64,000 nt of DNA, taken from assembly GCA_000146045.2 (NCBI GenBank), contig BK006946.2, positions 448,001 to 512,000 of the forward strand, read 5' to 3'. Shown here piece by piece: positions 11,424 to 25,419 of the stretch (position 1 is the first letter of the stretch; the number at the start of each line of letters is the position of its first letter). This DNA comes from TPA_inf: Saccharomyces. Taxonomy: Eukaryota. The notes under the pieces are model-generated. The model searched no databases and was not told the DNA's origin. It saw only the letters and a program-made list of their open reading frames with translations. A program made the translations under genes and the position numbers.

Positions 11424-12527
11424 CTAGAATACTTGATTGGGGTTCCCTTTTAGTTTGTTAGACAATCCCTCATACGAAAGATCTCCTAACTTTTCCAATT
11501 GATCATTTACATAGTTTTTATAAGAAAACTCGTCATTATTCAACAGTACCTCAGGGTCAAATATGATACCCTTTCCATGCAACCTCCATTTGTTAGTCCA
11601 CTCGATAGCCGTTGATTTTTCATTTTGGCTTTTATTCACTTGAAGCCTTCTTAAAACATCATATATATCATTTGTGGGAGAATTGGTGCTTCCAGGGTAA
11701 AGCTCTGTTCTTCCATCGTTCAAATTTTGCAAGTTCATTAGGTATAAAAGGTAATCCGCTTGAAATATTGGATCTACAAGGTTATTTTTAACACTACCAC
11801 ACAACGCCAGTCCTAGCATTCTATTATGATCTGAAACGCGACCGGGAACACCGATTCCTGGAGTATCTATCAAGTATATTTCATTTCTTGATTCCGTATT
11901 CCGTGAAGTTACTCTAATAACCTCGCTTGTGGCTCTAGTAACACCAGCTTCTGCACCAGTTTTGGCTACTTTCTTAAATTTTCTTCCCATATTCACTTGA
12001 TTGTGAAAAATTGTCCTCAAGCTATTTATTAAAGTAGATTTTCCAACATTTGGCATGCCAGTAATCAATGCTCGGTATCCCATAGGTAGATATCCGCCAT
12101 TTGTTTCTAGTTCGTAATTTTGCCATTCTAGTATTTTTAGTAGATTCCTGACGTCAGTTTTGTTTCGGCAATCCAGTAAAATAAACTTTTCTCCCAGCTC
12201 TTCATGCCAATTCTTTAACTTTCCTATATATGGCTTATTGCCGGGCATAAGATCCTTTCTAGTGTATACCACTAATTTCATCACATCGTGTTCCTTTCTT
12301 GCTATTCGATCGAAAACCACATTCCTTGTAGATAACGGGGCACGTATATCACGTAGTTCTATTATCATATTCATTTGAGGAAGCAACTTTTCAAATGTTT
12401 TAAGAGCTTTGACTTGGTGTCCCTTGAAATCAGTGAGAGGCATACTGTACTTTGGAAATTCATATCTTGGTGTGAAGGATGAAACGTTGGAAATTATTTT
12501 CCTAGTTCCTCTCACATTTATGTGCAT
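11424..12527 (-). CDS. MTG1: Mitochondrial ribosome-assembly GTPase Mtg1
   Basis: 367-aa ORF with the GTPase G1 motif GMPNVGKST and a circularly permuted G-domain arrangement. Confidence 0.85.
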   Translation of the reverse strand: MHINVRGTRKIISNVSSFTPRYEFPKYSMPLTDFKGHQVKALKTFEKLLPQMNMIIELRDIRAPLSTRNVVFDRIARKEHDVMKLVVYTRKDLMPGNKPYIGKLKNWHEELGEKFILLDCRNKTDVRNLLKILEWQNYELETNGGYLPMGYRALITGMPNVGKSTLINSLRTIFHNQVNMGRKFKKVAKTGAEAGVTRATSEVIRVTSRNTESRNEIYLIDTPGIGVPGRVSDHNRMLGLALCGSVKNNLVDPIFQADYLLYLMNLQNLNDGRTELYPGSTNSPTNDIYDVLRRLQVNKSQNEKSTAIEWTNKWRLHGKGIIFDPEVLLNNDEFSYKNYVNDQLEKLGDLSYEGLSNKLKGNPNQVF

Positions 12528-12770
12528 TTCTGTATTTGATTTGGCTTTTTTGCATTCAGGTCTGAGTAATGAGCATTATCATTCGTTCTTTCTTCTCCTA
12601 ATAACTAAACCAAATTGTTTCGAAAAGACAAAAATTGTGTACTTTTGACATGATGGTCCGTGTTCTTTGATCTGCGGCAAAATGAACCTACCATGTGGCA
12701 GAATTAAATATTTGATTCAAATATAAATAAGGCGAACGACGAGAGATTAAGATATTATATACAGGTAATA

Positions 12771-14609
12771 CTATTGATTGTTTGTTCCACGGACTAGGAA
12801 TTCTTCCAATGTGGAATTCTCCATTCCAGCGGTTTTTAATAACGCTTTAATGGAGTTGCATAACTCCGGAGTTACGTTAACATTTAAACGTCTGATCCAT
12901 AGCAAATGACCATTATTTACGATTTTCGATATAACGTGACTATCACCGCTTTGATTGATAACATTTATAAATTCATTCCAGGGCCTTTTGTCCTGACCTT
13001 CCCCTTCCGTTGGTGTGATAGCTTCCCAGACTTGAAGTAGCTTATTCCAGTCTTTGATTTTGGCCAAGTTTTGCAATATTGAGACAATCATGCCTGAAGT
13101 CAACTTATCTCCAAATGTTTGGAAAATGTGGTCTATTGTCTCGTAGAGTGATCTCAATTTTACCCGTTCATCCGCGACCATGGAATTTAAAAGAAGGGAT
13201 ATTACCACTTCATCGTAAACAACTGAGCCATCGTCCTCTGTTTGTAGACCTTTAAATAGGTTCAAAGCTCTGATAATCACCCTATTTTGCTTTACTAGGT
13301 TAAAGTATGAATGACTAGAATGCTGCGTTTTCAAAACCATTTCTAAAAGAGCGATTAGATCTTCCCTTATTAACTCTTGCCCCAACGATTTTTTTAAAAG
13401 TAGATAATCCTTGAGGAAAACACGATCTGAATAAAATTGTGGGTCTGCTTTGTTTAGAAGTATCGCATATTCTAGTCGTAGTGGCCAATATGCAGCCGAT
13501 TGATTTATGGTTAAAAAAGTTGAATGTTCGTCAAATAAGGACTTCCATTGAACAACATCTACTTTCCTCTCTTGTCCTACCAAATCCTTTAAAGTATTTT
13601 TAACATGCTCCAAAGTACGTATATTGTGAGTTTCAGTACCACTACTACTCTGAATTATCTTATTGGCTCCTTTGAAGTCTTCCTTTTGTAGAAAGTATCT
13701 TAAATTACTTAGCCCGTTTGGGTTGATAGTTGAATACCTTCTCCTTTGCTGGGCCAGTCTTCTTAGGCCTAAAAGAATATTATTGTTGCTTGAAATTTCA
13801 TTTACCCCTGAAATAGTAGGGACATTACCTGAATCTATATTTTGGAACTTAGATTTCTCATTTTCAGGTGCATACAGCTCTTCTAAATTCAATTCATTAC
13901 GCCTTCTCTGTGTCAAAATATTTACAAAAATACCATCGACACGACAATCAATCATATACCAAGCCTCACTATTTAAGTCTTTTGCAGAGCATTCAGAGCT
14001 TCTACCTAATAGTTTACTAAGGTTGGATTTTCTTGCTAATCTTCTTTTTCTTCTACTTTCTTGTCGCTCATTAAAGTTTCCTTCAACGTATGCACTACTA
14101 CAGAATTCGTGCTTCAAAAACTTGTTCAACTCTAAGAAACTTTTATGACAATGTTTGGTAGATCTTGCTGTACATATGACCATGAAGTCACCCAACTTAT
14201 TAACGGCTGAAACAGAGTTTGGGCTTTTCTTCCGTAAATCGAAAACCAGGAAGTCATCCAGACCAAGTTTACCAGTTAGGAGGTCTGCTATTTTTCTTAA
14301 TGAGTTTGGAGAGGTTTTAGGTATCTCCAATTCTTTGTTCATCGTGTGGTGGTTATTTTTCTTACCTTCCATTAGTTCCTTTTCATTGTCAACAATCCTG
14401 AGGTACCAAGGTGTTTCCAGAGGGGTAAAAGTAGACTTTTTGGATACACGACTTTGTTCATGACTGTCATTTTTGCCCTTTGTCGAGTAATAAACTGCTG
14501 TGATGTGACTATGAAGAAAATAAGGGCCCTTTTTGAATAATATGGTAAAAGGAATATTGGCCACGCCTATCCTCTTGCCATGGAAAGGTAGTAGACAGAA
14601 TTTATTCAT
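12771..14609 (-). CDS. ATP25: Mitochondrial Atp25 (ATP synthase Atp9 mRNA stability/assembly), 612 aa
   Basis: ORF 12771-14660. I place the start at the internal Met MNKFCLLPF, which gives 612 aa. Confidence 0.8.
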
Positions 14610-15127
14610 GTCAACAAACCTCAATTTTTGAATAAGCAGGCTATTACACTTAATCTTCACTTGGTGTCGATCTTTCTTAGTAGCTTAACTTGCTTTTTTT
14701 TTTTTTGGCTGAATGGTCCTCATTGTTTCTCTTTATCGGGATGAAAAGCATAATTATCAGAAGATTGCAAGTATATTAGAAGAGAGGTTAGAAAAAGATG
14801 TCAAGAAATACTAGTAAAAACAAATACCATTACTGTGTACTAGAGTACTATTTAAGAAAGACGGATTATTTCTAAAGTTACGATAGTTCGGATGATTGTG
14901 ACCCCATTTCTAATAAAACCAATATTATCAGGTATATAGAAATGCTGCAGGATCTTTTCAAGCATATATGATACCACCAAAAAAGTGTAAAATCCCATAT
15001 AATATAACGTTCTTCTATTTGTTTCGTACAGTTCGCTGATTGGTATTATTACATCAGGAATATTGTATGTTCGCTTCGTTAAAGTTTGATCGCTGTTTCC
15101 TATATGCGGCGTCTAATATATAGATGA

Positions 15128-15461
15128 TGAGAATTTGACAAATAATGAGAATTGTTAGGATCCAATTATACTTAACAGCTATAATAATAGTACACAAAAT
15201 ATACTAAAAGTTCTCCTCGAGGATATAGGAACCCTCAAATGGAATCCATATTTCTACATAATAGTATTACGATTATTCTTCACTCTGTTTTACATGTTTC
15301 ATTATCCTATTACATTATCAATCCTTGCATTTCAGCATCCTCTAACTTCGATGACAGCTTCTCATACCTTATGCCATCATCTAACACCGTATATCATAAT
15401 ATACTGGTAGTGTGACTACTAGTTGATAGACGATAGTTGATTTTTGATTTTTATTCCAACA
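15128..15461 (-). mobile_element. Solo Ty1/Ty2 delta LTR, about 334 bp, reverse orientation
   Basis: Reverse-complement match to the delta consensus, from TGAGAA... through ...TATTCCAACA, including the diagnostic CTCGAGGA core. About 90 bp upstream of tRNA-Asp. Confidence 0.85.
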
Positions 15462-15553
15462 GTCCTGATGATAAGTTACTGTCAAAGACATAATTATTAT
15501 CAAAATATATGGTATTAGATGGACTGGTAAAAGTACAAAACTTCAGAAATTTG

Positions 15554-15625
15554 TCCGTGATAGTTTAATGGTCAGAATGGGCGCTTGTCGCGTGCCAGAT
15601 CGGGGTTCAATTCCCCGTCGCGGAG
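15554..15625 (+). tRNA. tD(GUC): tRNA-Asp (GUC)
   Basis: TCCGTGATAGTTTAATGGTCAGAATGGGCGCTTGTCGCGTGCCAGATCGGGGTTCAATTCCCCGTCGCGGAG. Cloverleaf with GTC anticodon and A/B boxes (GGTTCAATTCC); a T7 run follows immediately. Confidence 0.95.
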
Positions 15626-15626
15626 A

Positions 15627-15633
15627 TTTTTTT
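15627..15633 (+). terminator. Pol III oligo(dT) terminator for tRNA-Asp
   Basis: TTTTTTT run directly 3' of the tRNA. Confidence 0.8.
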
Positions 15634-15933
15634 ATCAGACCAGGTGGGTGTTGTTTGATCATCACAAAGTAGAATTCAGTGTCATTTTTAAAAACGTTAC
15701 TTAATTTTACGATAATATGCTGCCAGAACAAGTTTAACAATACGCTTTTGGCAATTTGTTCTTGCTGCACTTGGAATTAAATAAGAGTCTTAGTAAACAG
15801 AATGTTGCTTTAGTTGTTCGTCAACAAAAACAAAGATAAAGGATGGAGGTAATCAAATAGCCCACATTAAGAAAAGTATACAACTGGGAATTTACTTTAT
15901 AAAAATTACCGTTGCTACATTTTTTTATATTAT

Positions 15934-16860
<927 letters not shown>

Positions 16861-18299
16861 TTACCAAAGGCTTATAATGAACCTCAGAATCACCTCTTTA
16901 TTCATTTCTAGGGACCTACTAAGTTTTCTTTCGGCGTGAAAAATAAAAGGCGCATTGGTGACCCCATTTGCGATACCTTTTTATGGAAAGACAGCTTGAA
17001 GAAAGACCTTGTTATCATTGACTGCGTCTAGCGAACGAGGACATCTACACACTATTTCTTCTGCTGCAATGATTGATGCCGTTTAGATGAATGGTCGGGA
17101 CGTAACTTATGTTTTAAGAAGAAGGCACTTTTCCTGGTGCAATAGATGAATCTCGGTTTCAAGTTAACTATATAAATATGGGGTTGGCATTATATGTCAT
17201 GCTTTATTATAATTAGGCATATAAAACTACATGGTTATGAAAGGCGCTGGCAGTAAAAGGGTTGTTTGTCAATGGCAAGAATTAATCATTCTCGCATTGA
17301 AATATATGTAGATCGAGGTGAACTGTTAGATGGTCCATCAGACATTTATTATTTTGACTTATGTATTTCCCTCTCAATTTTGTTATCAGTAATCGAGTCA
17401 TGTGTACTTTAAAGTTCATATTCTCACGTTTTTCGCAAGATATTAGCCGCCAATAGCAACTCCGAATAATAAGAGCTATATAAAGGCCGTTGAAGCCCAC
17501 GGAAAGAGAAAGAAAACTAATAGTTATTACAATATAGACCGTTGGTTTTTTCTTTCCCTCCTGGAGCAGCTGCGTATAGTTACTACCTAAGAAGTGGGCT
17601 AGAAGTTGGCTAGAAGTGGGCTACTTAATATATATCTTTGGATACATAGAAAGGAACCAGGAAAAAGGAAAATTATTTAGATGGCTTCCATAAGTTTATG
17701 ATGGTTCAAACGGCAAAAAGCCTTTTGACTATTTTTCTTGGTTGAACTATCTTCTTATTAGGCCTACTACAACAATGCATCGAGCTAGGATAACAACTAG
17801 AATACTTTGGTTATGTATTGTATGGGTGTTCAGTGGCAAAATTTGAGAGTTGGGTTATTGATGGTCGGCCTATACAAACGAAAGACCTAGAGCAGCTCAC
17901 AAGGAAGAAAGTGCTGGACAAACTTCCCTACCTGAAGAGAAAAATATCCGTTTTTTATATAGTTTCTGTAAGTGTGCACAGTGACTTCCTCATTAGAGCG
18001 ATATAGATAATTTGAGACTTTATTTATTTTTTATTTTTGTTGGTTCTCATATTCAACCTTCCATTTATCTAAGTTGAACCATTAAACATTCCCTTTTTTA
18101 CTTTGCTAATTTCATCATACCCATTGATCAACTATAAGTGAAACTTGGGAATCTTCCATTATACAAAGGTGAGGTCCCTATTTGTTGCATTTTTCAATTC
18201 ATTTCCCTGGGAGTTTTTGTTTGTTTTTGCTATATTAACATATCATAACAGCGTATAGAACGTAATTTGAAATATTCAAAACAAAGAAAAGGTAAAGAA

Positions 18300-20162
18300 A
18301 TGAGAGACTCTAATCATCGATCATTAACGTCGAACAAGCCTATAGTAACAATAACATCTACTGTCTATGACCGAAGGGCATTGGATATCAACTCTAGTAT
18401 TCCGTTAATAAACTCCCTAAACTACTTAACATATCTAACCTCTAATTCATCAAAAGTTAGGGAAACGGTAGCTAACGACGGTGCTCTCGAAAGATTAGTC
18501 TCAATATTGAGGAGTTGTCATTTAAGTTTGTTTGAGTTGCTGGATTTGGATTTAGAAAATTTTAATGAGCACGAAAACATAAAGGATCTATGGAAGGAGA
18601 AAAGACTAGCACTATGCGCTTGGAAATGGACTTTAACATTTCAGTGCTTAGTATTGACAGGTACTAGAGGGACAGAACAAATTCGTAAAAAAGTGGTAAT
18701 GTCTGGGGTCTTATCTGTGCTGGTCACAGTATTGGATAACTATTTACTATATCATAAAAATTACGACTTCATCAAAGATCAAACAATGACCTTTGACTTC
18801 AAAGGGATAACCACGGAGACAATGTATAAATTCATGAGAAAAGATGAGAATGAAACATATCAGCAGTATATAGAGTTCATTACAGGTCAGGATAAATTGA
18901 AGTTGTCAACTGACAAAAATTTTCTAAACGAACGATTAGTGGCACCGTCTATGACAATTCCAACTGATTTTAGTGATATATGGGGCCGGTTTGCAGACCT
19001 AGCTAGCAATTTTGAACCTGACCAGGAAAGACACGACGACGACATTGATATTGATAGTGAAGTAGAAAGTGAAAATTTTGATGCACATAAGAATTTCTTT
19101 TCGCAACCAGACATTAATAGACCTACAATTTCCACTCCACGTGAATTTTTTCTCGGAAGAATTGTCCCCAAACAAGACGACGTTATATGGTCGCTTCAGT
19201 TATTAGCTTTTGTTTCGAAGTATACATATATGAAATCAACCCTTCAAAATGTTGAGCTGGTTGAATCCCTATCGTTCAGAAGTATGGCTTACAAAATTAA
19301 ACAGAGAATCTCAGAAGAGAATGACTTAGAAGAACAAGAAAGAGACGTAACTGTAAAATTGTCTTCATTATATCCTTATTTATCGAAAAATCCTGAAAAC
19401 AATTCCAAAGTTAAGGCACTAGATACTAGCAAAATGGATCCATTTTTCAAAGAATTAGAAGAACTCTCAAACAGATGTCAACAAGAAGAACAAAATGAAA
19501 TATGTAATAACCACTGTCCCGTTCTTAATTTGTTTGAGCGCTACCGTGTACCGAAACCTAGCGACGACAATGCCTATGGCAAAGACAAGGAAAGAATTAA
19601 TTTAAGGAAGAAAATATCTGATAACTTTGAAAGGCGCTGGAGCTACGATAAAATGAAAAAGGAATTAACAAATATTGTTTACAAAAACAAGGTACTAACA
19701 AATGTTGTAAACATCTTCCCCTTAGTCGAAAAATATACAGTGAGCGCAGAAAATACACATGATGTTATATATTGGAGTTCTGTCATCATGAGAAATTCAT
19801 GTCGAAAAAATGAGATCTTAGGTGTGCGTCAGTGTGCCAATTTTTCGTGCGGAAAATGGGAAGATTTTCCAAGACAATTTGCAAAATGTCGTCGATGCAA
19901 AAGAACGAAATATTGCTCACGAAAGTGTCAATTAAAAGCATGGGGATATCATAGGTATTGGTGTCACGAAGTTGGATCAAGTCATATGAGATCCACGAAT
20001 ACTACCACAGGTGTCAATACCCCAAATGAGCCTAGTTCTTTAAATGCCACCGCTACTACAGCAGCTGATGTTTCGAATTCTACCAGTACGTTCACTCCTA
20101 ATATATCCACCACCGTACCTGATGAAATAAGCAATAGGGATGAAAATAGCATACCTGAGTAA
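18300..20162 (+). CDS. MUB1: MYND zinc-finger protein Mub1 (Ubr2 ubiquitin-ligase cofactor), 620 aa
   Basis: ORF 18267-20162. C-terminal MYND Cys/His array CANFSCGKWEDFPRQFAKCRRCKRTKYCSRKCQLKAWGYHRYWCHE. Start taken at MRDSNHRSL. Confidence 0.85.
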   Translation: MRDSNHRSLTSNKPIVTITSTVYDRRALDINSSIPLINSLNYLTYLTSNSSKVRETVANDGALERLVSILRSCHLSLFELLDLDLENFNEHENIKDLWKEKRLALCAWKWTLTFQCLVLTGTRGTEQIRKKVVMSGVLSVLVTVLDNYLLYHKNYDFIKDQTMTFDFKGITTETMYKFMRKDENETYQQYIEFITGQDKLKLSTDKNFLNERLVAPSMTIPTDFSDIWGRFADLASNFEPDQERHDDDIDIDSEVESENFDAHKNFFSQPDINRPTISTPREFFLGRIVPKQDDVIWSLQLLAFVSKYTYMKSTLQNVELVESLSFRSMAYKIKQRISEENDLEEQERDVTVKLSSLYPYLSKNPENNSKVKALDTSKMDPFFKELEELSNRCQQEEQNEICNNHCPVLNLFERYRVPKPSDDNAYGKDKERINLRKKISDNFERRWSYDKMKKELTNIVYKNKVLTNVVNIFPLVEKYTVSAENTHDVIYWSSVIMRNSCRKNEILGVRQCANFSCGKWEDFPRQFAKCRRCKRTKYCSRKCQLKAWGYHRYWCHEVGSSHMRSTNTTTGVNTPNEPSSLNATATTAADVSNSTSTFTPNISTTVPDEISNRDENSIPE

Positions 20163-20444
20163 AGTACAAGGGGATTTCGATGACCTAGGTTTAACAAGAT
20201 CATGAAATATTCATTAACGGAGTTTTTTGTTTTCGCTTTTTTTATTTTTTGTTCCTAATTTTTTTTTTTTTTACATTTTATTAGCTATACACTTGGCGCA
20301 AGGATATTTTATATACCGGATATAATAGATAATTAAAAGACTACTAATTAAAAATGATGTAATATGGTAATAGGTATGGAAGAATCAGGGAGTTTTCAGA
20401 ATGTTCTTTGCCCTCTCTTGGGCTTTCTAGTTTTGCACTTTTAC

Positions 20445-21476
20445 TTATTCATCTCCTGTAACCGAAACTGAAATGGGGGGGTTTGGAAAGTTGTACAAAG
20501 ACATAGCTGTTTTCTTTTTTTTAAATATTGAAGGAACGCTTTCATGTATTTTTTCAAACAATGAGTGATTCTTCTCATTATATTTTTGAATGGTGGAAAA
20601 GAAGGACCATTTGAGAATCATCAGGTACATAGCAAAGAAGCTAAAATTTGGCCACAACGTATCACTAAATTCAATGGTGGCATTTTCATGTACTTGCCAT
20701 AGCATATAGTCTGAGAGCCTCCTATGCCCACTTGTTCTGATTAATAATTCACATTTATTGGAATGGAAACCCATGTACATTTTATTAGTAAATTTTCTTA
20801 TATTAATCCTTGGTGATTTATTTTCCAAATGGTCTTCAACTGAATCACGAATAGTATGTAACATATCATTTCTTGAAGTGTAAGGAAAACATATAAATAA
20901 AGTGAAATCGTCTCCATCCTGTGTGATTTCTTCCACTTTTTTAATTTTTTTTCTCATTTCTGGAGATAGTAAAGATTGATCACCTACTATTCTTATTTTA
21001 GATCCGTATAAGGGATCCTTATAGTCCTTGGCTCTTTTTGCGAATTCATCAAGCTTTACCGTAAACAAATTCATTAGCGTATCTACTTCTTCTTTTGGTC
21101 TATTAAAATTTTCAATAGAAAATGCATAGGCGGAAACACATTTTACACCCAATCTTTTGCAGATATACAGTAGTGTTAGTAACGTTAACCCACCAGCTTC
21201 ATGGCCTTTTTTTACTGGTAGCCTTCTTGACTTGGCATATCTCCGGTTACCATCCATGATAAAGGAGACATGTTCAGGCACTGGCCCTACCCTTAATGCT
21301 TTTATCAAAATATTCTGAAGATTTACATAAAACCATGAAAACAAGCTTAATGACATAACCCACGCAAATACTCTCTGAAATATACTTTTCACTGCGAAGC
21401 ACATCTGTTCTTTGGTTTCTACCAAAAGCCTTTTTAGGGCTACAAACTGAATCTGAATAATACTGGGCATTTTCAT
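20445..21476 (-). CDS. SRT1: cis-prenyltransferase (dehydrodolichyl diphosphate synthase) Srt1, 343 aa
   Basis: ORF 20445-21485. Conserved cis-IPTase motifs (HVSFIMDGNRRYA, ...RTSG). Start at MKMPSII. Confidence 0.85.
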   Translation of the reverse strand: MKMPSIIQIQFVALKRLLVETKEQMCFAVKSIFQRVFAWVMSLSLFSWFYVNLQNILIKALRVGPVPEHVSFIMDGNRRYAKSRRLPVKKGHEAGGLTLLTLLYICKRLGVKCVSAYAFSIENFNRPKEEVDTLMNLFTVKLDEFAKRAKDYKDPLYGSKIRIVGDQSLLSPEMRKKIKKVEEITQDGDDFTLFICFPYTSRNDMLHTIRDSVEDHLENKSPRINIRKFTNKMYMGFHSNKCELLIRTSGHRRLSDYMLWQVHENATIEFSDTLWPNFSFFAMYLMILKWSFFSTIQKYNEKNHSLFEKIHESVPSIFKKKKTAMSLYNFPNPPISVSVTGDE

Positions 21477-21847
21477 TATGGTCAACAGAAACGTCCTATG
21501 TTTGAAAGGCAGCCTGTTCTTTATAAGTTGATAAATTGAGAAAAGTGCACCAAATCTTAATCTACTCTGTGTGTATTTTTAGGTCCCTTAAATAACAGAA
21601 AAAGTATAGCTTTAGCCGCCGAGGTCCACTCAGTTTGGAGTAGTTACCCTTAACAGGCACTCACTCCGTTTTGTTCTTTCGAAGAGATACGTTATAGTAT
21701 ATCGGCAACAAATGATAGGCTCATTGTTAGCGTTCATTAATTATTAGATTAAAATTTATTTAAGTGTATCGTGTTTCTTTACTTTATGTACGAAGATTAA
21801 TATGCATTTAAAGGTATCATCCACGGAAAAAAAATACTCCATCAGCG

Positions 21848-24352
21848 TTAGCGGAAGTTATTAACTACTGTACCGCAGTCTACGCAATAATAGTTTCTAT
21901 CTTGTTGGTCATTAGCACCAGAAAAAGCCTCAAACCTTGAACCGTTACAAACATTGCAACGGATAGGTAAATTCATTGCGCTCGTTGGAGTGGTAGGCCC
22001 ATGTGCATTGGAGAAAATAGATGACATGCTTTCCCTTGGTGTTCTTGGCTGTGCATTACTGCCGAGTGTTTTTAGTGATGTACTGCTTTTGGGACATATA
22101 TTAGAGTATCCACGTCCCGTTGCATAGCCTTTTCCAGTATTAGTATACGCCGCTGCCGGTTGGCCAGCCAAGTTTGATTTCGCTCTCGAGTTGAAGCTTC
22201 GACTCAAAGAATGCAAAGAATCAGAACTGTTAAACCTTCTCCGAACCTCTCTATTGTATTCTTCTAGTTTGAGTAACACGCGCTTTCTTATAACAGAGGG
22301 CATATCTGCTCTAAACACACGAATAGTCCCTACGTTATCAGTACTGATCAATATCGTTCCAATTGCGTCAACGACATCTGGGATAGCACTGGTGGCGGAA
22401 GCATTAGAAATTGAGCCTGGTTTAGAATTGTAGCCCAAAGACGACTCTACATCTGACATTATGCCATCGTCGTTACTCCGACTCAAAACATCGAAACTAT
22501 CGGATGTCTGAAAAAACTCTAGAGATAGCTCGCAGATAACATCGTTAGACAAAGATAATGTTTTCGAAGTTTCTGGCGGTGCAATGCTAACACAAGTAAC
22601 AGGGGCATTGTGTGCATGAAAAGAAATGTAATCCGTATTTTTGATATAATGATCGTTGCTATGATGAGGCAAGGGAAGTAAGTTAGTAAGTTTTAAATGA
22701 TGATGTGGTTTTTCTTCGTTATTCTGGCTGGAAGACCTACTCATTGATTTACTAAATATGCTTCTCAAACTTCCGGACCGAGCCAATCCCTTTGGTTTCC
22801 TTTTAGGTTCGTCTTGATCATTCTCTCTATCCGAAGACTTTAACCTCCAGCCGTAAACCCAATGGTCATCACTACTATTTACAACGATTGGCTGACCATG
22901 CCAGATGGACAATTGTGCCTTGTGTTGGGAAGATCCGCTATGGAAGCCTTTCAATACCTCTAGAAGCTTCCTCTGTTCTAAGTCAAAAATTCTTATCCTC
23001 GAATCATTCGATGTAACTACTAAGCGGAAAGAATTGTCCAGTTGAGATCTAAAAGCTTGCAAACCCGTCACACGTGGACCATGACGAATTTTTGAGTCAG
23101 TTTCCGTGACCATGACGTGAGCGTTTTGTTCTTGTGTTTGTCTATCAGCTACGTGAAATGAAGAAACTGGAGTGAGACCTCTGGTCATCAGAATATGAAC
23201 GTATCCATTAAATGTTCCTATTATAGTGTATTTTCCCTCCTCAGGGGATAATGTAACAGATGTTATTAAGTCTTGACAATCGTACTCAAAGCTAACTTCA
23301 TCATCCAGTATAGACCATAACCTGCATTTGTGATCCAGACAGCCGCTAATGAAAAATCTATCGTCGGTGGGGTGAAATTCCACACAAGTGACAAAATCAG
23401 GATGTATGAATGTCTTAAGTGAATTTTTCCTATCGGGATGCCATAGTTTTACTGTCTTATCCATCGATGCTGACAAAATAAAATTATTTTTAGACCAATT
23501 TATATCCAGAACATCTTGCACGTGTTCTTTATACAGTCGCAAAGGCGTTGGGTGAAAGACAGGCGCATACAAATTCAATAATTTTTCCTTCTCTTCGTAT
23601 TTCTCTGTAGCAGAATCCAAAAATTGTTTTTCTTTTGGATTGTTCAATGAACTGACCTGCTGTTTGATCCGCATCGACTTGGCTCGTGCCTCTTTATTTG
23701 ATTCCGCACTCGAGTCCAATTCGGCTCTTTCAACTGGAGAGCCAATAACTTTCCATATTCTTATTTTACCATCTTTGCTACCAGTGGCCATAAATTTTCC
23801 ATCGCGGCTAAACTTTGTACTCCATATAGCTTTAGAGGTTGGTTCAGATGATTTGGAAGTGGAGGTAACCGTTTCACCTTCGTAGGCCATTAGTTCTTGC
23901 GCGAGAAACAATCTTCTAAATTGTTTCAGGTTTTTCCGACGTTTCAACATTTTAATGTATTTTGGCTCTCTCAAATAGTTTTCAAATTGCTCTGTATCAA
24001 TGGAATTGAAAGGGTAAAACTCATTGACCCTAAGATTCGAATTTAAAGTATTGCCTCTCTGTAAATGTTCCTTTAGTCTCATAAATGAATCAGTGGCGTT
24101 GCCGTTGTTACTATATTTTAATTTGTCATTTGTATTATTAGTTTTTGTCATTCTGAACTTCAATGGCTCGATATCTGCAGAATATTCAAGATTTAGTTTG
24201 CTTTTACTTTTACTTTCACCGGAACTGGACTCGCCGTCGAAGCTCTCTTGATGCGACCGACTCTCCTCTTCAGATCCAGTGGTATTCGAGGAATTGCTGA
24301 ATTCAGAATGTACCTTGCTTATACTTGTTTTATCCTCCGCCATATTCGTCAT
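21848..24352 (-). CDS. YMR102C, WD40-repeat protein of unknown function
   Basis: 834-aa ORF with Ser-rich low-complexity ends and central WD repeats. Length matches YMR102C. Confidence 0.85.
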
Positions 24353-24901
24353 ATTTCTAATTCTCGTACTATATTATACGCCACTACCGTATACAATATG
24401 CCAAGAGCTCAGCAACTGCTTTCTATTCTTTTTCTTTGATTGTCTTTGTTCCTCTTTTCCCTCTTTCTTTTCCTCCTCTGTTTAACAAGTTGGAGAGAGT
24501 TGCAGTCTTGTTCCCTATACGGTCCAGCTGTGACTTGTACGAACGCGTATTGTATCCCAGGAAGAAATAATGATGTAACTCGCTTACGAAGCTTAAGAAA
24601 GGGCAAAAAAAATGTGTCCCCCCTAACTGCGAAAGTGAAAAAAAAAAAAATTAATGCGTTGAATTTACACAGTTCTATGTATAATTAACTGCTACGATAG
24701 AAACTGGACAGTAGTAAGAAAGATTGGACTAGGCATCACCCAGACTTTACTTTTTCGGCATACATATCTATTTATATATAGTTTAATACGTAAATACAAA
24801 TATATATATACTGTAAATTTTAATCATTAAGCTTTTCTTTTTTTTTTGTTCACGCTTTCACCCTGTGAGGCGAATGAGGTTAGCTTTTTCCCTTTACGGG
24901 A

Positions 24902-25264
24902 CTAGGTAAGGCTCCCCATGGCTGAGCCCGCGCAAGGAAATCCAGGATCATCCGCGGAAGAAATAAGCTGCTCCCGGCCCAGACTATGTAAGAAAAGTGG
25001 CAACAAACAGAAAAGCGAATCTTTCCTTTCAGGCAATGCAAGGGTCCTTTGCCGTTTGGCGAATTCCGGTAACCTCGACTTGCGCCCCGCGGGCTTCGCT
25101 TTGACATCCGCGGGTATAAGCGTCCGTCCTTCGGCCGACAACAGGTCGGTCTTTGATCTCAATTCCGTAGATGGAAGAATTCTGATAATGCTGTAAAAGA
25201 AATGAATAAGCAACATAAGTCGTGTGAGAGTTGCTAAAAGAAGAGCGCAGCCTCTGCGGACCAT
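24902..25264 (-). other. Dubious ORF YMR103C (120 aa) within a GC-rich island; probably non-coding
   Basis: Arg/Leu-rich translation with un-yeast-like composition. ORFs overlap on both strands, as expected in GC-rich DNA lacking stop codons. Confidence 0.3.
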
Positions 25265-25419
25265 TCTATTTTCTGTAGTTCTTCTTGTCCCCGTTAACCA
25301 CAATAGTAACGGAGTGCGTATCGCAATCTACTTGAACTATCCATTTTTGAAAATTGCAACCTCTTGCGGCTATAGCTATAAATTCCGTCCGGCTCGGCTC
25401 GGCTTGCTTCGGCTTGCTT

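Noticed and set aside
15543-15770. 75-aa minus-strand ORF overlapping tRNA-Asp
   Set aside because: It spans a pol III tRNA gene and the adjacent intergenic region, and its translation is low-information. It is a chance ORF.
24409-24688. Short ORFs with Leu/Phe/Ser-rich translations just upstream of YMR102C
   Set aside because: These are T-rich promoter DNA giving hydrophobic chance ORFs, with no coding signature.
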